Shown one piece after another: positions 9,162 through 18,396 of a DNA stretch of 37,837 nt (its first letter is position 1; the number at the start of each line of letters is the position of its first letter). A model generated the notes under the pieces. The model saw only the letters and a list, made by a program, of their open reading frames with translations. It made no database searches and had not been told where the DNA came from. A program made the position numbers and the translations under genes. The DNA comes from an uncultured Thiotrichaceae bacterium (GTDB lineage Bacteria; Pseudomonadota; Gammaproteobacteria; SZUA-229), in assembly GCA_964485705.1 (NCBI GenBank), contig CAZALW010000003.1, positions 1-37,837 on the forward strand, written 5' to 3'.

Positions 9162-10376
9162 ATGTTCAAAAAATCAGTTTTAATCGGCTTTATTGTTATG
9201 CTTTCTGCCTGCGGAAATTCATCAGACCCCGCTTTTTCAACTAAAGCTGAATTGGGTGATGCGCTGTTTCATGACAAGAACCTGTCATTGGAGCGCACTC
9301 AGTCCTGCGCAACCTGTCACCAACCGGAACATGCTTTTATTGACAGTCGTCTGGATGCTGCTGGCAAAATTCCAGCCGTATCACTCGGTGATGATGGTGT
9401 TTCCCTGGGTGATAGAAATACACCGACTGCCTCTTATGCCATGTTCTCACCTGATTTTCATATTGGCACGCGCCAGCGTTTTCAAACAGAGCAGAAGGCA
9501 CATAGAAATTTTACAGGCGCAATGGGTGGTCAGTTTCTGGATGGTAGAGAGCTTGATTTAAAAGGCCAGGCTGGTGGTCCACCGCTTAATCCAGTGGAAA
9601 TGAATATGCCGGATAAAACCAGCGTAGTTGCCAGGCTACTGGAAAATTTAGATTATATTGATGCCTTTAATCGCTTATTCGGCGACACAATTTTTGATGA
9701 TGTCGATGCGGCTTATGCTGCCATGGCAGAAAGCATCGCCAGTTTTGAAAAAACCGAACAGTTTGCCCCGTTTGATTCTAAATTTGATCGTTCATTGACC
9801 GGTGAATATACAATGACAACGATAGAAAACACCGGAAAATCATTGTTCTTCTCACAGTTTTCAAACTGCGCTATTTGTCACCAGCTACACGATCAATTTG
9901 ATTTTGCAAACAGGACTAAAGAAACTTTCACTGGTTACGAGTACCACAATATTGGCGTGCCACAAAATCCGGTTGTAGCCATACTAAATGCAAACGGATT
10001 TGATTCTGGTCTGGAAAATAATACCGGAGAGTCAACTGACCGGGGTAAATTTAAAACACCCACCTTGCGTAATGTAGCGGTTACTGAACCCTACATGCAT
10101 AACGGAGTTTTTCGTGACCTGGCTACGGTGGTTGAATTTTATAATCATATTGCGAATCGCAGTGATACAACACATGCCATTAACCCTGAAACCAGTGTTG
10201 AATGGAATCCGCCAGAAGTGGATATTAATATAGCCGATGCGGAGCTTGCCTCTGGTAATCGATTTGTTACAACAGCAACCTTCAATGAAAATGAAGCCAT
10301 GGTCTGCTTCCTCAGAACATTAACGGATAAAAAGTATGAGCATTTGATTGAAGGAAAAGGAATCAATTGTGACTAA
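9162..10376 (+). CDS. di-haem cytochrome c peroxidase (CCP/MauG family) lipoprotein
   Basis: It has a lipobox (MLSACG). Two haem c sites are present (CATCHQPEH and CAICHQ). The motifs PTLRNV and EPYMHNG are typical of bacterial CCPs. Confidence 0.8.
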   Translation: MFKKSVLIGFIVMLSACGNSSDPAFSTKAELGDALFHDKNLSLERTQSCATCHQPEHAFIDSRLDAAGKIPAVSLGDDGVSLGDRNTPTASYAMFSPDFHIGTRQRFQTEQKAHRNFTGAMGGQFLDGRELDLKGQAGGPPLNPVEMNMPDKTSVVARLLENLDYIDAFNRLFGDTIFDDVDAAYAAMAESIASFEKTEQFAPFDSKFDRSLTGEYTMTTIENTGKSLFFSQFSNCAICHQLHDQFDFANRTKETFTGYEYHNIGVPQNPVVAILNANGFDSGLENNTGESTDRGKFKTPTLRNVAVTEPYMHNGVFRDLATVVEFYNHIANRSDTTHAINPETSVEWNPPEVDINIADAELASGNRFVTTATFNENEAMVCFLRTLTDKKYEHLIEGKGINCD

Positions 10377-10416
10377 AGGCAAGCCTGCATTTCATCTAAC
10401 AGTAATGTCAGATATT

Positions 10417-10580
10417 GAATGGCTGAGTTCGACACTTAGCAGACATTAAAAACTAAACCCCCTCAATCCCCCTTTGAAAAAAGGGGGAGGTAAAAAGGCT
10501 TTAGTCCCTCCCTTTTTGAAAGGGAGGTTAGGAGGGTTTGTTTTTTCTGTGTGTCCGCTTATGACAGAACTCAGTCATTC
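10417..10580. repeat. MITE/REP-like element with two internal GC hairpins
   Basis: The outer arms are gaatggctgagttc (10417..10430) and gaactcagtcattc (10567..10580), matching at 13 of 14. One inner hairpin is 10467..10475 with 10480..10488 (tcccccttt-gaaa-aaaggggga). The other is 10507..10515 with 10519..10527. Confidence 0.6.
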
Positions 10581-10777
10581 GATCAATAAATAAATAAATC
10601 CGACACACTTTGTTAGCTCAAGTCTGAACCACATCACACGCAAACAATTCACTCAAGTTTTGTCAGCGTCGTTACTTCATGTTTGTAAACTGATTTATAA
10701 ATAAACTAGTTACAACATACTCTCAAGAACATTTCCAATGATTTCTGAAAGACTTTCATTGAATTATTAGTTTTAAT

Positions 10778-10793
10778 TGGCATGAATACTGCT
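10778..10793 (+). promoter_or_regulatory. candidate sigma-54 (-24/-12) promoter upstream of cheR
   Basis: TGGCATGAATACTGCT compares with TGGCAC-N5-TTGCW. The GG and GC elements are at the correct 10-nt spacing. It lies ~135 nt before the cheR ATG. Confidence 0.3.
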
Positions 10794-10928
10794 TAAATAT
10801 AATATATTCACATTAATGCCGGTTATTTGACGGTGCAATAAAGTGGATACTAGGTTAAAGATGCTAGAGAAACTGCCGATAAGATTATAAGCGATAAATA
10901 AGCAGGGGAAAAAAGGTGGAACCGTAAT

Positions 10929-11810
10929 ATGGACAATATAGCATTACAGAAAGTAACTAGTGCATCAACGCACGAACAAGCAGAGTTAACGACGCATGAA
11001 TTAAAGCGAGTTTCTATATTTATAGGTAAAGAAGTAGGCATACAGCTTCCTGATTCAAAACATAAACTGGTCGAAAGTCGTTTGCGTCGCCGCTTAAAGG
11101 TACTGGGTTTTAGTGATTTTAAATCCTATCTTGATCACACCCTGGAAAGTATTGATGGTGAGCTGGAAAAATTGCAGCTTATAGATGTTATTACCACCAA
11201 TAAGACAAATTTTTACCGTGAGTCAGATCATTTCGATTATTTACAGCAATCAGCTGTTCCTGAGCTGGAAAAAATGAAAACCAATGAAGGTCGGCGAGAT
11301 CTTAATATATGGAGCGCAGGATGCTCAACAGGTGAAGAGGCATATACATTAAGCATTATATTAAATGAGATTGCTGCAAAGCAGAAAAACTTCCAGTTTA
11401 ATATTCTGGCTACAGATATTTCGCATAGCTGTTTGAACACAGGCAGTCGTGGTGTTTATACAGAAAATCAGGTTGCAGTTATTCCACTGGAATTGAGAAA
11501 AAAATATTTATTACGCAGCAAAAACACTGCTGATGGGTTGGTGCAAATGGGGCAGAAACTCAGGCAAAATATTCGATTTAAAAGCCTGAATCTAATGGAT
11601 AAGCAATTTTCATTAAGTGAAAAAATGGACGTTATCTTTTGCAGAAATGTAATGATTTATTTCAATAATCAGTTACGTGAAGAGTTAGTTGCCAGATTTG
11701 AAAACCAACTGATTAATGGAGGCTATTTATTTGTTGGTCATTCAGAATCCCTGAATGGCATTAAAAATTCACTTAAACAAGTTGCACCTATGGTTTATCG
11801 AAAAGTTTAA
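10929..11810 (+). CDS. cheR: chemotaxis protein methyltransferase CheR
   Basis: TNKTNFYRESDHFDYL and the SAM-binding IWSAGCSTGEEAYTLSIIL are present, followed by VIFCRNVMIYFN. Confidence 0.85.
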   Translation: MDNIALQKVTSASTHEQAELTTHELKRVSIFIGKEVGIQLPDSKHKLVESRLRRRLKVLGFSDFKSYLDHTLESIDGELEKLQLIDVITTNKTNFYRESDHFDYLQQSAVPELEKMKTNEGRRDLNIWSAGCSTGEEAYTLSIILNEIAAKQKNFQFNILATDISHSCLNTGSRGVYTENQVAVIPLELRKKYLLRSKNTADGLVQMGQKLRQNIRFKSLNLMDKQFSLSEKMDVIFCRNVMIYFNNQLREELVARFENQLINGGYLFVGHSESLNGIKNSLKQVAPMVYRKV

Positions 11811-11914
11811 CCTTTAAAAAATGAGTTGAGTCCTGGTAGGTTCGATAAATTTGCTAGGGTTTAACGCAGATTTAACTATATCAATGAATTATGTATCGAT
11901 AGTACAGAGTTGAA

Positions 11915-13036
11915 ATGGACGTGAATATGCAAGCAGAAAATAAAAAAATGATTAAGGTGATGCTGGTTGATGACTCTGCCGTAGTACGCCAGACCTTAAC
12001 GCAGGTTTTAGATTCAGACCCTGAAATTGAAGTCATTGCAGCATGTCAGGATCCGTTTTTTGCAGCAAAAGAACTGCGTAACGTTTGCCCGGATGTGATG
12101 TTGCTGGATGTGGAAATGCCAAGGATGGATGGCATTACTTTCTTAAAAAAAATCATGTCACAAAACCCTTTGCCCGTTATCATTTGCTCTACTTTGGTCG
12201 GAACTGGCTCAGAAACAACAGTTAAAGCGCTTGAATATGGTGCAATTGATATCATTCAAAAACCAACCATCGGCACGAAAAAATTCCTGCAGGAAGCAAC
12301 CGTTCAGTTAACTGATGCGGTAAAAGCGGCTGCAAAAGTAAATGTCAGACAACTTAAAAGAAACATACAACAAGTTGCGCCTAAATTAACTGCAGATGCT
12401 GTATTGCCGAGTATTTCCGGTAGAGCCATGTCAAAAACGACTGAAAAAATAATTGTTATCGGTGCTTCCACTGGCGGTACTGAAGCAGTACGAAAGGTGC
12501 TGGAAGTCATGCCGCAGGATGCTCCCGGTATTGTTGTTGTACAGCACATGCCACAGGGTTTTACCGCTTCATTTGCAAACAGATTAAATGAACTTTGTAA
12601 AATTAATGTAAAAGAGGCCTCTAATGGTGATTCAGTATTACGTGGTCATGCATTGATAGCACCCGGCAATTACCATACCTTAGTAAAAAGAAGTGGTGCT
12701 CGATATTATGTTGAAGTACGCGAAGGACCACTGGTTTCACGTCATCGCCCGTCTGTTGATGTGTTATTTCGATCCACTGCACGCTATGCAGGTAAAAATG
12801 CCGTAGCAGCCATTCTTACCGGCATGGGCGATGATGGTGCAGCCGGAATGAAAGAAATGCATGAAGCGGGGTCATACACTATTGCACAGGATGAAAAAAC
12901 AAGTGTCGTCTACGGTATGCCGGCAGTTGCTGTTAAACAGGGCGGTGTTGACAGGGTTTTACCTTTAAATTTGATTGCACAAGCTTTGATCGATGATGAA
13001 TCGTTTCAGATGCAACATAAAGCATTAGCGAATTAA
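11915..13036 (+). CDS. cheB: protein-glutamate methylesterase/deamidase CheB (REC + esterase)
   Basis: The REC domain has VDDS and [11 protein letters not shown]. The esterase domain has [15 protein letters not shown] and GMGDDGA. Confidence 0.9.
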   Translation: MDVNMQAENKKMIKVMLVDDSAVVRQTLTQVLDSDPEIEVIAACQDPFFAAKELRNVCPDVMLLDVEMPRMDGITFLKKIMSQNPLPVIICSTLVGTGSETTVKALEYGAIDIIQKPTIGTKKFLQEATVQLTDAVKAAAKVNVRQLKRNIQQVAPKLTADAVLPSISGRAMSKTTEKIIVIGASTGGTEAVRKVLEVMPQDAPGIVVVQHMPQGFTASFANRLNELCKINVKEASNGDSVLRGHALIAPGNYHTLVKRSGARYYVEVREGPLVSRHRPSVDVLFRSTARYAGKNAVAAILTGMGDDGAAGMKEMHEAGSYTIAQDEKTSVVYGMPAVAVKQGGVDRVLPLNLIAQALIDDESFQMQHKALAN

Positions 13037-13043
13037 ATGGTGA

Positions 13044-14981
13044 TTGCTTATGTTTAACATGAATTATGAGCCGGAGATACAGGAAGTCGTTTTATCGGGT
13101 AAATCATTAAATGTGCTGGTTGTGGATGACAGTAAAGTTATACGCTCAGCGATAAGAGAGATACTTGAAATAGGCAATCTTCAGGTAACAGAAGCATGTG
13201 ACGGCATAGAAGCACTGGAATTTATTAAGGAATCCATTAAAGAATCAAATAATAATTTACCTGATCTTATCCTGCTTGATGTTGTTATGCCTAGAATGGA
13301 TGGACTCTCAGTTTTACAAACACTTCGGCAAACTTATTCAAAAATACAGTTACCCATTATTCTGGTTACTTCACAGGGTTCGGCGCGCGAAATGGTGCAG
13401 GCACTGGATTTAGGTGCAAATGATTATGTTACCAAGCCGATAGACTTTGATGTTTTGTGGGCGAGGTTAACTAATCAGTTAATGCAAAAACAGGCTGCGG
13501 AATTCCTGTGTTCTGCACAGCTTAGTCTGGAAAAACAAATTAAACAAAGAACGGCAGAGCTGAAGTCAATCAATCAGAAATTAGAAAAAGAAATGCAAGT
13601 AAGACTGCTTGCAGAAGAAAGATTAAAAAAACAGGCAAGTTATGATGAATTAACAGGTCTGCCCAACCGAAGCCTTGCTGCTGATCGCCTGCAGCAAACA
13701 CTGGTAAAAGCGAAACGACATAAGCTAAAACCATGTGTTGCTTTTCTTGATCTTGATAACTTTAAATATATAAATGATACTTTCGGCCATGCTGCAGGCG
13801 ATGATTTACTCAAAGAAGCCGCAAAAAGATTAACCGAGTGTGCCAGACGAAGTGATACTGTTGCACGTTTAGGTGGTGATGAGTTTTTACTTATTCTTGA
13901 TGATGACAAAACCAACTATCCTCCAGAGTCAGGTATCAGGCACGTCGCGATACGCATAATTGAAAGTTTTTCAAAACCTTTTGTCATTGAAGGACAGGAA
14001 TTAAATATTACCCCAAGCATCGGTTTTGCCGTTTATCCAAAAGATGGTGAAGACAGTAATATATTAATGCGCCATGCCGACGCAGCGATGTATCGTTCAA
14101 AAAATGATGGTAAAAACACCTATTGTTTTTATTCACCTGAAATGACGGTACAGGCAAAATTGCGCATGAATGTTGAGTCACAACTTCGCCATGCACTTGA
14201 ACGTAATGAATTTTATATCGAGTATCAACCGATTGTTAATTTAAAAAATGGTGGAATTGTAAAAGCAGAAGCTCTATTACGGTGGGACTGTGATGCGCTA
14301 GGCATGATAACACCCGATTACTTTATTCCTATTGCTGAAGAAACGGCAATGATTTTGCCAATTGGTGACTGGGTAATTAAACAAGCATGCAAACAGGTGA
14401 AAAACTGGCGTGATTCCGGCTGGAAAAATATTTGTATTACCATTAATGTTTCAGCTCGTCAGTTTAAGTCTGATTCGTCTTTGGTGAAAACGGTTCGTGA
14501 TGCACTTGAAAATAATAATTTAGCATCCGACGCAATACAGCTCGAATTAACTGAAGGTATATTATTGGAAGAAAGCAGTGGTTCTGCTGAAATAATGAAG
14601 CAAATAGAAAACATGGGTATTAAATTACTTATTGATGATTTTGGTACCGGTTATGCCTCATTGTCTTATTTGCAGCGTTACAATTTTGATTCATTAAAAA
14701 TTGATTGTAGTTACATAGCTAATGTTTTACACAGTAAACAGGATGCAAAGCTGGTAAAAGCGGTTATTGCGATGGCAAATAGTCTAGGGTTGTCAGTCAT
14801 ATCCGAAGGCGTTGAGACCAAAGGACAACTGGAATTTTTGTTGGCTTCTGATTGTGAATTTATGCAGGGATATTATTTTAGTAAACCTGTTTCTGCAGAT
14901 GAATTTGTCATATTACTGAATAAAACTAACCGGACACAATGTAACGGAAAATCACTTGAATTGATTCAAGTAGGATTATAG
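13044..14981 (+). CDS. response regulator with GGDEF and EAL domains
   Basis: The REC domain has VVDDS, LLDVVMPRMDG and TKP. The cyclase part has RRSD-TVARL-GGDEF. The EAL half has EALLRW and DDFGTGYASLSYL. The track start is TTG at 13044; an ATG at 13050 is an alternative. Confidence 0.9.
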   Translation: MLMFNMNYEPEIQEVVLSGKSLNVLVVDDSKVIRSAIREILEIGNLQVTEACDGIEALEFIKESIKESNNNLPDLILLDVVMPRMDGLSVLQTLRQTYSKIQLPIILVTSQGSAREMVQALDLGANDYVTKPIDFDVLWARLTNQLMQKQAAEFLCSAQLSLEKQIKQRTAELKSINQKLEKEMQVRLLAEERLKKQASYDELTGLPNRSLAADRLQQTLVKAKRHKLKPCVAFLDLDNFKYINDTFGHAAGDDLLKEAAKRLTECARRSDTVARLGGDEFLLILDDDKTNYPPESGIRHVAIRIIESFSKPFVIEGQELNITPSIGFAVYPKDGEDSNILMRHADAAMYRSKNDGKNTYCFYSPEMTVQAKLRMNVESQLRHALERNEFYIEYQPIVNLKNGGIVKAEALLRWDCDALGMITPDYFIPIAEETAMILPIGDWVIKQACKQVKNWRDSGWKNICITINVSARQFKSDSSLVKTVRDALENNNLASDAIQLELTEGILLEESSGSAEIMKQIENMGIKLLIDDFGTGYASLSYLQRYNFDSLKIDCSYIANVLHSKQDAKLVKAVIAMANSLGLSVISEGVETKGQLEFLLASDCEFMQGYYFSKPVSADEFVILLNKTNRTQCNGKSLELIQVGL

Positions 14982-14994
14982 GAGCGGCCTGATA

Positions 14995-15528
14995 TTGAAA
15001 CATGCAGATAAGAAAGTTTTTCTTCACCCTGGTGAATTTTGTTTTTTGAACAATGCTGCGCATGTGCATACCATACTGGGTTCATGTATTTCCATTACCT
15101 TGTGGCACCCAGAATTATGTATTGGAGGAATGTGTCATTTTACGCTGCCTAAACATCCCCATCTTAAGCATCAATTGAAAAAAAATGAAACAGCTAAACT
15201 TGATGGTCGCTACGCTGACGATGTGATGAAAATGTTTAAGCAGGAAGCGACAAAATATGGCACAAAATTGATGGAGTATGAGGCAAAAATATTCGGTGGT
15301 GGAAATATGATGAAATCCGAAGGTCAGAACATCGAAGACTCTATTGGTACAAAAAACGCTGCAGCGGCAATGCAATTGTTAATGGCAGAAAATATTGCTA
15401 TTCAAGTGGCACATGTGGGTGAATTTGGCCACCGACGTATTGTTTTTGATGTCAATTCAGGTGATGTATGGGTTCGTCATACTGAAGCGAGTGATATTAA
15501 AACGGGAATTATCAATGGAAAAGTCTAA
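14995..15528 (+). CDS. cheD: chemoreceptor glutamine deamidase CheD
   Basis: HTILGSCISITLWHP....GGMCHFTLP is the CheD signature. The start is TTG, with GGAG 10 nt upstream. Confidence 0.8.
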   Translation: MKHADKKVFLHPGEFCFLNNAAHVHTILGSCISITLWHPELCIGGMCHFTLPKHPHLKHQLKKNETAKLDGRYADDVMKMFKQEATKYGTKLMEYEAKIFGGGNMMKSEGQNIEDSIGTKNAAAAMQLLMAENIAIQVAHVGEFGHRRIVFDVNSGDVWVRHTEASDIKTGIINGKV

Positions 15529-15618
15529 TTTCAACTCATAAAAGCTTTAAAAGCATTGGTGGCGCATCGAAGCCGAGGCACACAATGGGTTTGTAAAATT
15601 TTTTACATGGATATACAG

Positions 15619-15665
15619 GATTTTTTTTCATTCCCACGCTCCTGCGTGGGAACGAGAAAAAAATC
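15619..15665. repeat. REP-like hairpin
   Basis: The core is a 9-bp stem, ttcccacgc (15631..15639) with gcgtgggaa (15644..15652), and a 4-nt loop. Complementary T8/A7 runs flank it. Nearby ttagttcgtaaa also occurs at ~1626 in the other repeat thicket. Confidence 0.6.
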
Positions 15666-15849
15666 TCTGTGCTTTCTGTTCATCCTTTAGTTCGTAAACA
15701 GCTCGTCCCTTTACTACTTCTGGCGAACTGTTTTTTTGCTTTAATCAAATTATTTCAATCATCTTCTAAGGATTTTCCACGACCTGCCGATAAGCTTATT
15801 GTGAAGCTATTTTAATTAATAGCCTGGTTTAATGTTTTGGAGGCGTGTT

Positions 15850-16218
15850 ATGTCAGTAAGTCAAGAAGTGTCTAACGATGGGAAAAAAGTACTTATCAAT
15901 ATTTCAGGACGATTCGATTATAAGGTTTCACAGGAGTTTCGAGATACATATCGACAAGTTCCCGGTCAGGAAGATGTTGCTTATTATGTGAATCTAAGTG
16001 AAGCCACTTACATGGATAGCTCGGCACTTGGCATGTTATTGTTGTTACGTGAACATGCAAAATGTCGTGGTGGTTCGGTGTTTATTGATCGCCCTGGTGA
16101 ACAGGTGAATAGTATATTAAAAGTGGCTAATTTCGAGCAACTTTTTACTATTAACTATACAGACCCTGCGGTAGTTGGCGCAAAAGTCGTTGGCATGAAA
16201 TCAGGCACTGGTGCATGA
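15850..16218 (+). CDS. STAS-domain anti-sigma-factor antagonist (SpoIIAA/RsbV/HsbA-like)
   Basis: It is ~120 aa and has the phospho-serine motif context YMDSSALGMLLLL. I chose the ATG at 15850 because GGAGG lies 7 nt upstream. Confidence 0.8.
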   Translation: MSVSQEVSNDGKKVLINISGRFDYKVSQEFRDTYRQVPGQEDVAYYVNLSEATYMDSSALGMLLLLREHAKCRGGSVFIDRPGEQVNSILKVANFEQLFTINYTDPAVVGAKVVGMKSGTGA

Positions 16219-17447
16219 GTCTAAGCTTGATGAAAACGGTGACGGATAACAAAATTTTTAAAAGTCATGGCTGTGTACTTGTCGTTAGTCATTCAGGTAC
16301 TACTAAAACTAGTGTTGATAAAAAACTATTTCAGCTGGGTTTTGACGTTGTGTTAGCGAGTGAAGGTAGAGCAGCTTTAAGCCTGTTTGATACAAATCGT
16401 ATAGACTTTATTTTGATTGAAGCAGACCACATTGATGTTTCAATTAGTGAATTTGTTAATACATTACGTGCTTGTGCTTATGGTACTTTTATTCCGGTCA
16501 TTGTTCTACTTTCTGCTGAAGATGAAGAACTTCTGTCTGAATGTATGCTGGCAGGGTGTGATGACTTTCTGTATAAGCCATTCACAGTAACAGCACTGAA
16601 AGCCAGATTTGCATCATTAAAACAGACTCGTGAATTAAAGGAGTTATATAAAAGTTCAATAGATGAGCAGTTAGTAGCCAGGCAAATATTAGCTTATGCT
16701 TTATCTGAAAGAAATATTCAATTTGAAGAAATTCAGCTTTTGAGTAAGTCTAAAGCAATATTTAGTGGCGATCTTTTTTTAACAGCAAAACGCCCTGATG
16801 GCGGCTTGTATATTCTACTGGCTGATTTTACCGGTCACGGACTTTCTGCCGCTATTGGCGCATTACCGGTTGCCGATATATTTAGTGTAATGACAAATAA
16901 AGGCTTCGAGTTAGAAGATATACTGGAAAATATAAATAATAAGTTACACACCTTATTGCCAGTAAGCATGTTTATGGCGTGTAGTGCATTAAAAATACAT
17001 GCAGATTTAAAACATGCGAGTGTGTGGAACGGAGGCATGCCAGATATTTATCTAAGAAATAGCCAAAATGGTGAGATTAAAAATAAAATAAAGGCCAGCC
17101 ATATACCACTTGGTATCGACAAAACAACAAGCGAAAATTTTAAGCTAAATACGATATCTATAAACCAAAATGATCAGTTTATTATTTATACAGATGGCTT
17201 AACCGAAGCTGAAAACGCCAATGGTGAAATGTTTGGCTATCAGCATTTGAATCAATGTCTTGACAACTGCCGCGGAAAAGAATTTCTTTTTGCAAAGATA
17301 GTTGCAGAATTTACCGAATTTTGTGGTGATATCGAGCCAAATGATGATGTAACCCTTGCCTGTATTCCATGTGCCGAAAACATGACTGAAGTAAAAGAAT
17401 CTGATACTGTAAATAACATACAAGTTGTGAGTAATCGTGATGATTAG
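16215..17447 (+). CDS. PP2C (SpoIIE/RsbU-type) serine phosphatase with degenerate N-terminal receiver
   Basis: The PP2C motifs are FSGDLFL, LLADFTGHGLSAAIG, YTDGLTEA and NDDVTL. The receiver-like N-terminus has SH in place of the DD acidic pair. Its start overlaps the STAS stop in an ATGA. Confidence 0.85.
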   Translation: MSLSLMKTVTDNKIFKSHGCVLVVSHSGTTKTSVDKKLFQLGFDVVLASEGRAALSLFDTNRIDFILIEADHIDVSISEFVNTLRACAYGTFIPVIVLLSAEDEELLSECMLAGCDDFLYKPFTVTALKARFASLKQTRELKELYKSSIDEQLVARQILAYALSERNIQFEEIQLLSKSKAIFSGDLFLTAKRPDGGLYILLADFTGHGLSAAIGALPVADIFSVMTNKGFELEDILENINNKLHTLLPVSMFMACSALKIHADLKHASVWNGGMPDIYLRNSQNGEIKNKIKASHIPLGIDKTTSENFKLNTISINQNDQFIIYTDGLTEAENANGEMFGYQHLNQCLDNCRGKEFLFAKIVAEFTEFCGDIEPNDDVTLACIPCAENMTEVKESDTVNNIQVVSNRDD

Positions 17448-17465
17448 TTGTATATCGAGGTTTTC

Positions 17466-18386
17466 ATGACCGTATCTAATACAACGGACAATCCAACGGC
17501 ATCAGTGACAGTATTAGTAGTCGATGATGAGATATTTAACCTTGATCTCATCACCGATTATTTAAATGAGTTTGAGATAAATGTTGTGTGTGTAGAAAGT
17601 GGTGAGGCGGCATTAACTATTTTGCAGGAATTTCCATATCGTTTTAGTGCTATCCTGCTAGATCGTATGATGCCTGGTATGGATGGTATAGAAGTACTGA
17701 AACGCATTAAAAATGATGAAACGATAAATCGCCTGCCTGTCATTATGCAAACAGCCAGTACCGGCAAGAAAAACATGTTAGAAGGTTTGAATGCGGGTGC
17801 TTATTATTATCTGTCTAAACCTTATGACCAGGCAACACTTATTGCTATAGTAAAAACGGCAATACGTGATTATCAACATTATGTACGAATACAGAAAAAC
17901 CTTAAGCAATCGGTACAAACATTAAAAATGATGGATAAAGGCATTTTTAATTTTCAGTCACTAGAGGAGGGTAGAAGCCTTGCAACGTTATTGGCAAATG
18001 CTTGCCCTGATCCGGAGCGAGTTGTTTTAGGTTTGACAGAATTAATAATCAATGCCGTTGAGCATGGAAATTTGGGTATCACTTATAAAGAAAAGTCCAT
18101 ATTAAATGCAGCTGGTGGTTGGGAGAGTGAAGTTGTAAAAAGGTTGGCTTCTCCAGCCCATAAGGATAAATATGTGACAGTCGAATTTTCTCGTAGAGAT
18201 AATGAAATATCATTTATTATTATCGATCAGGGAAAAGGATTTGACTGGAGAAAGTTCATGGAAATAAGCCCGGATCGAGCATTCGATAGTCATGGTCGTG
18301 GTATTGCACTGGCAAATTCGATTAGCTTTAAAAATATTGAATATCAGGAAAATGGTAATAAAGTCTGTGTAACAGTGCCTTTATAA
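17466..18386 (+). CDS. response receiver fused to RsbW/SpoIIAB-type HATPase serine kinase
   Basis: The receiver is canonical (VVDDE, LLDRMMPGMDG, MQTA, SKP). The kinase half has an N-box (ELIINAVEHGN), G1 (DQGKGFD) and G2 (HGRGIALAN). I chose the ATG at 17466 because it has a GAGG upstream. Confidence 0.8.
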   Translation: MTVSNTTDNPTASVTVLVVDDEIFNLDLITDYLNEFEINVVCVESGEAALTILQEFPYRFSAILLDRMMPGMDGIEVLKRIKNDETINRLPVIMQTASTGKKNMLEGLNAGAYYYLSKPYDQATLIAIVKTAIRDYQHYVRIQKNLKQSVQTLKMMDKGIFNFQSLEEGRSLATLLANACPDPERVVLGLTELIINAVEHGNLGITYKEKSILNAAGGWESEVVKRLASPAHKDKYVTVEFSRRDNEISFIIIDQGKGFDWRKFMEISPDRAFDSHGRGIALANSISFKNIEYQENGNKVCVTVPL

Positions 18387-18396
18387 TGAGGATGAC

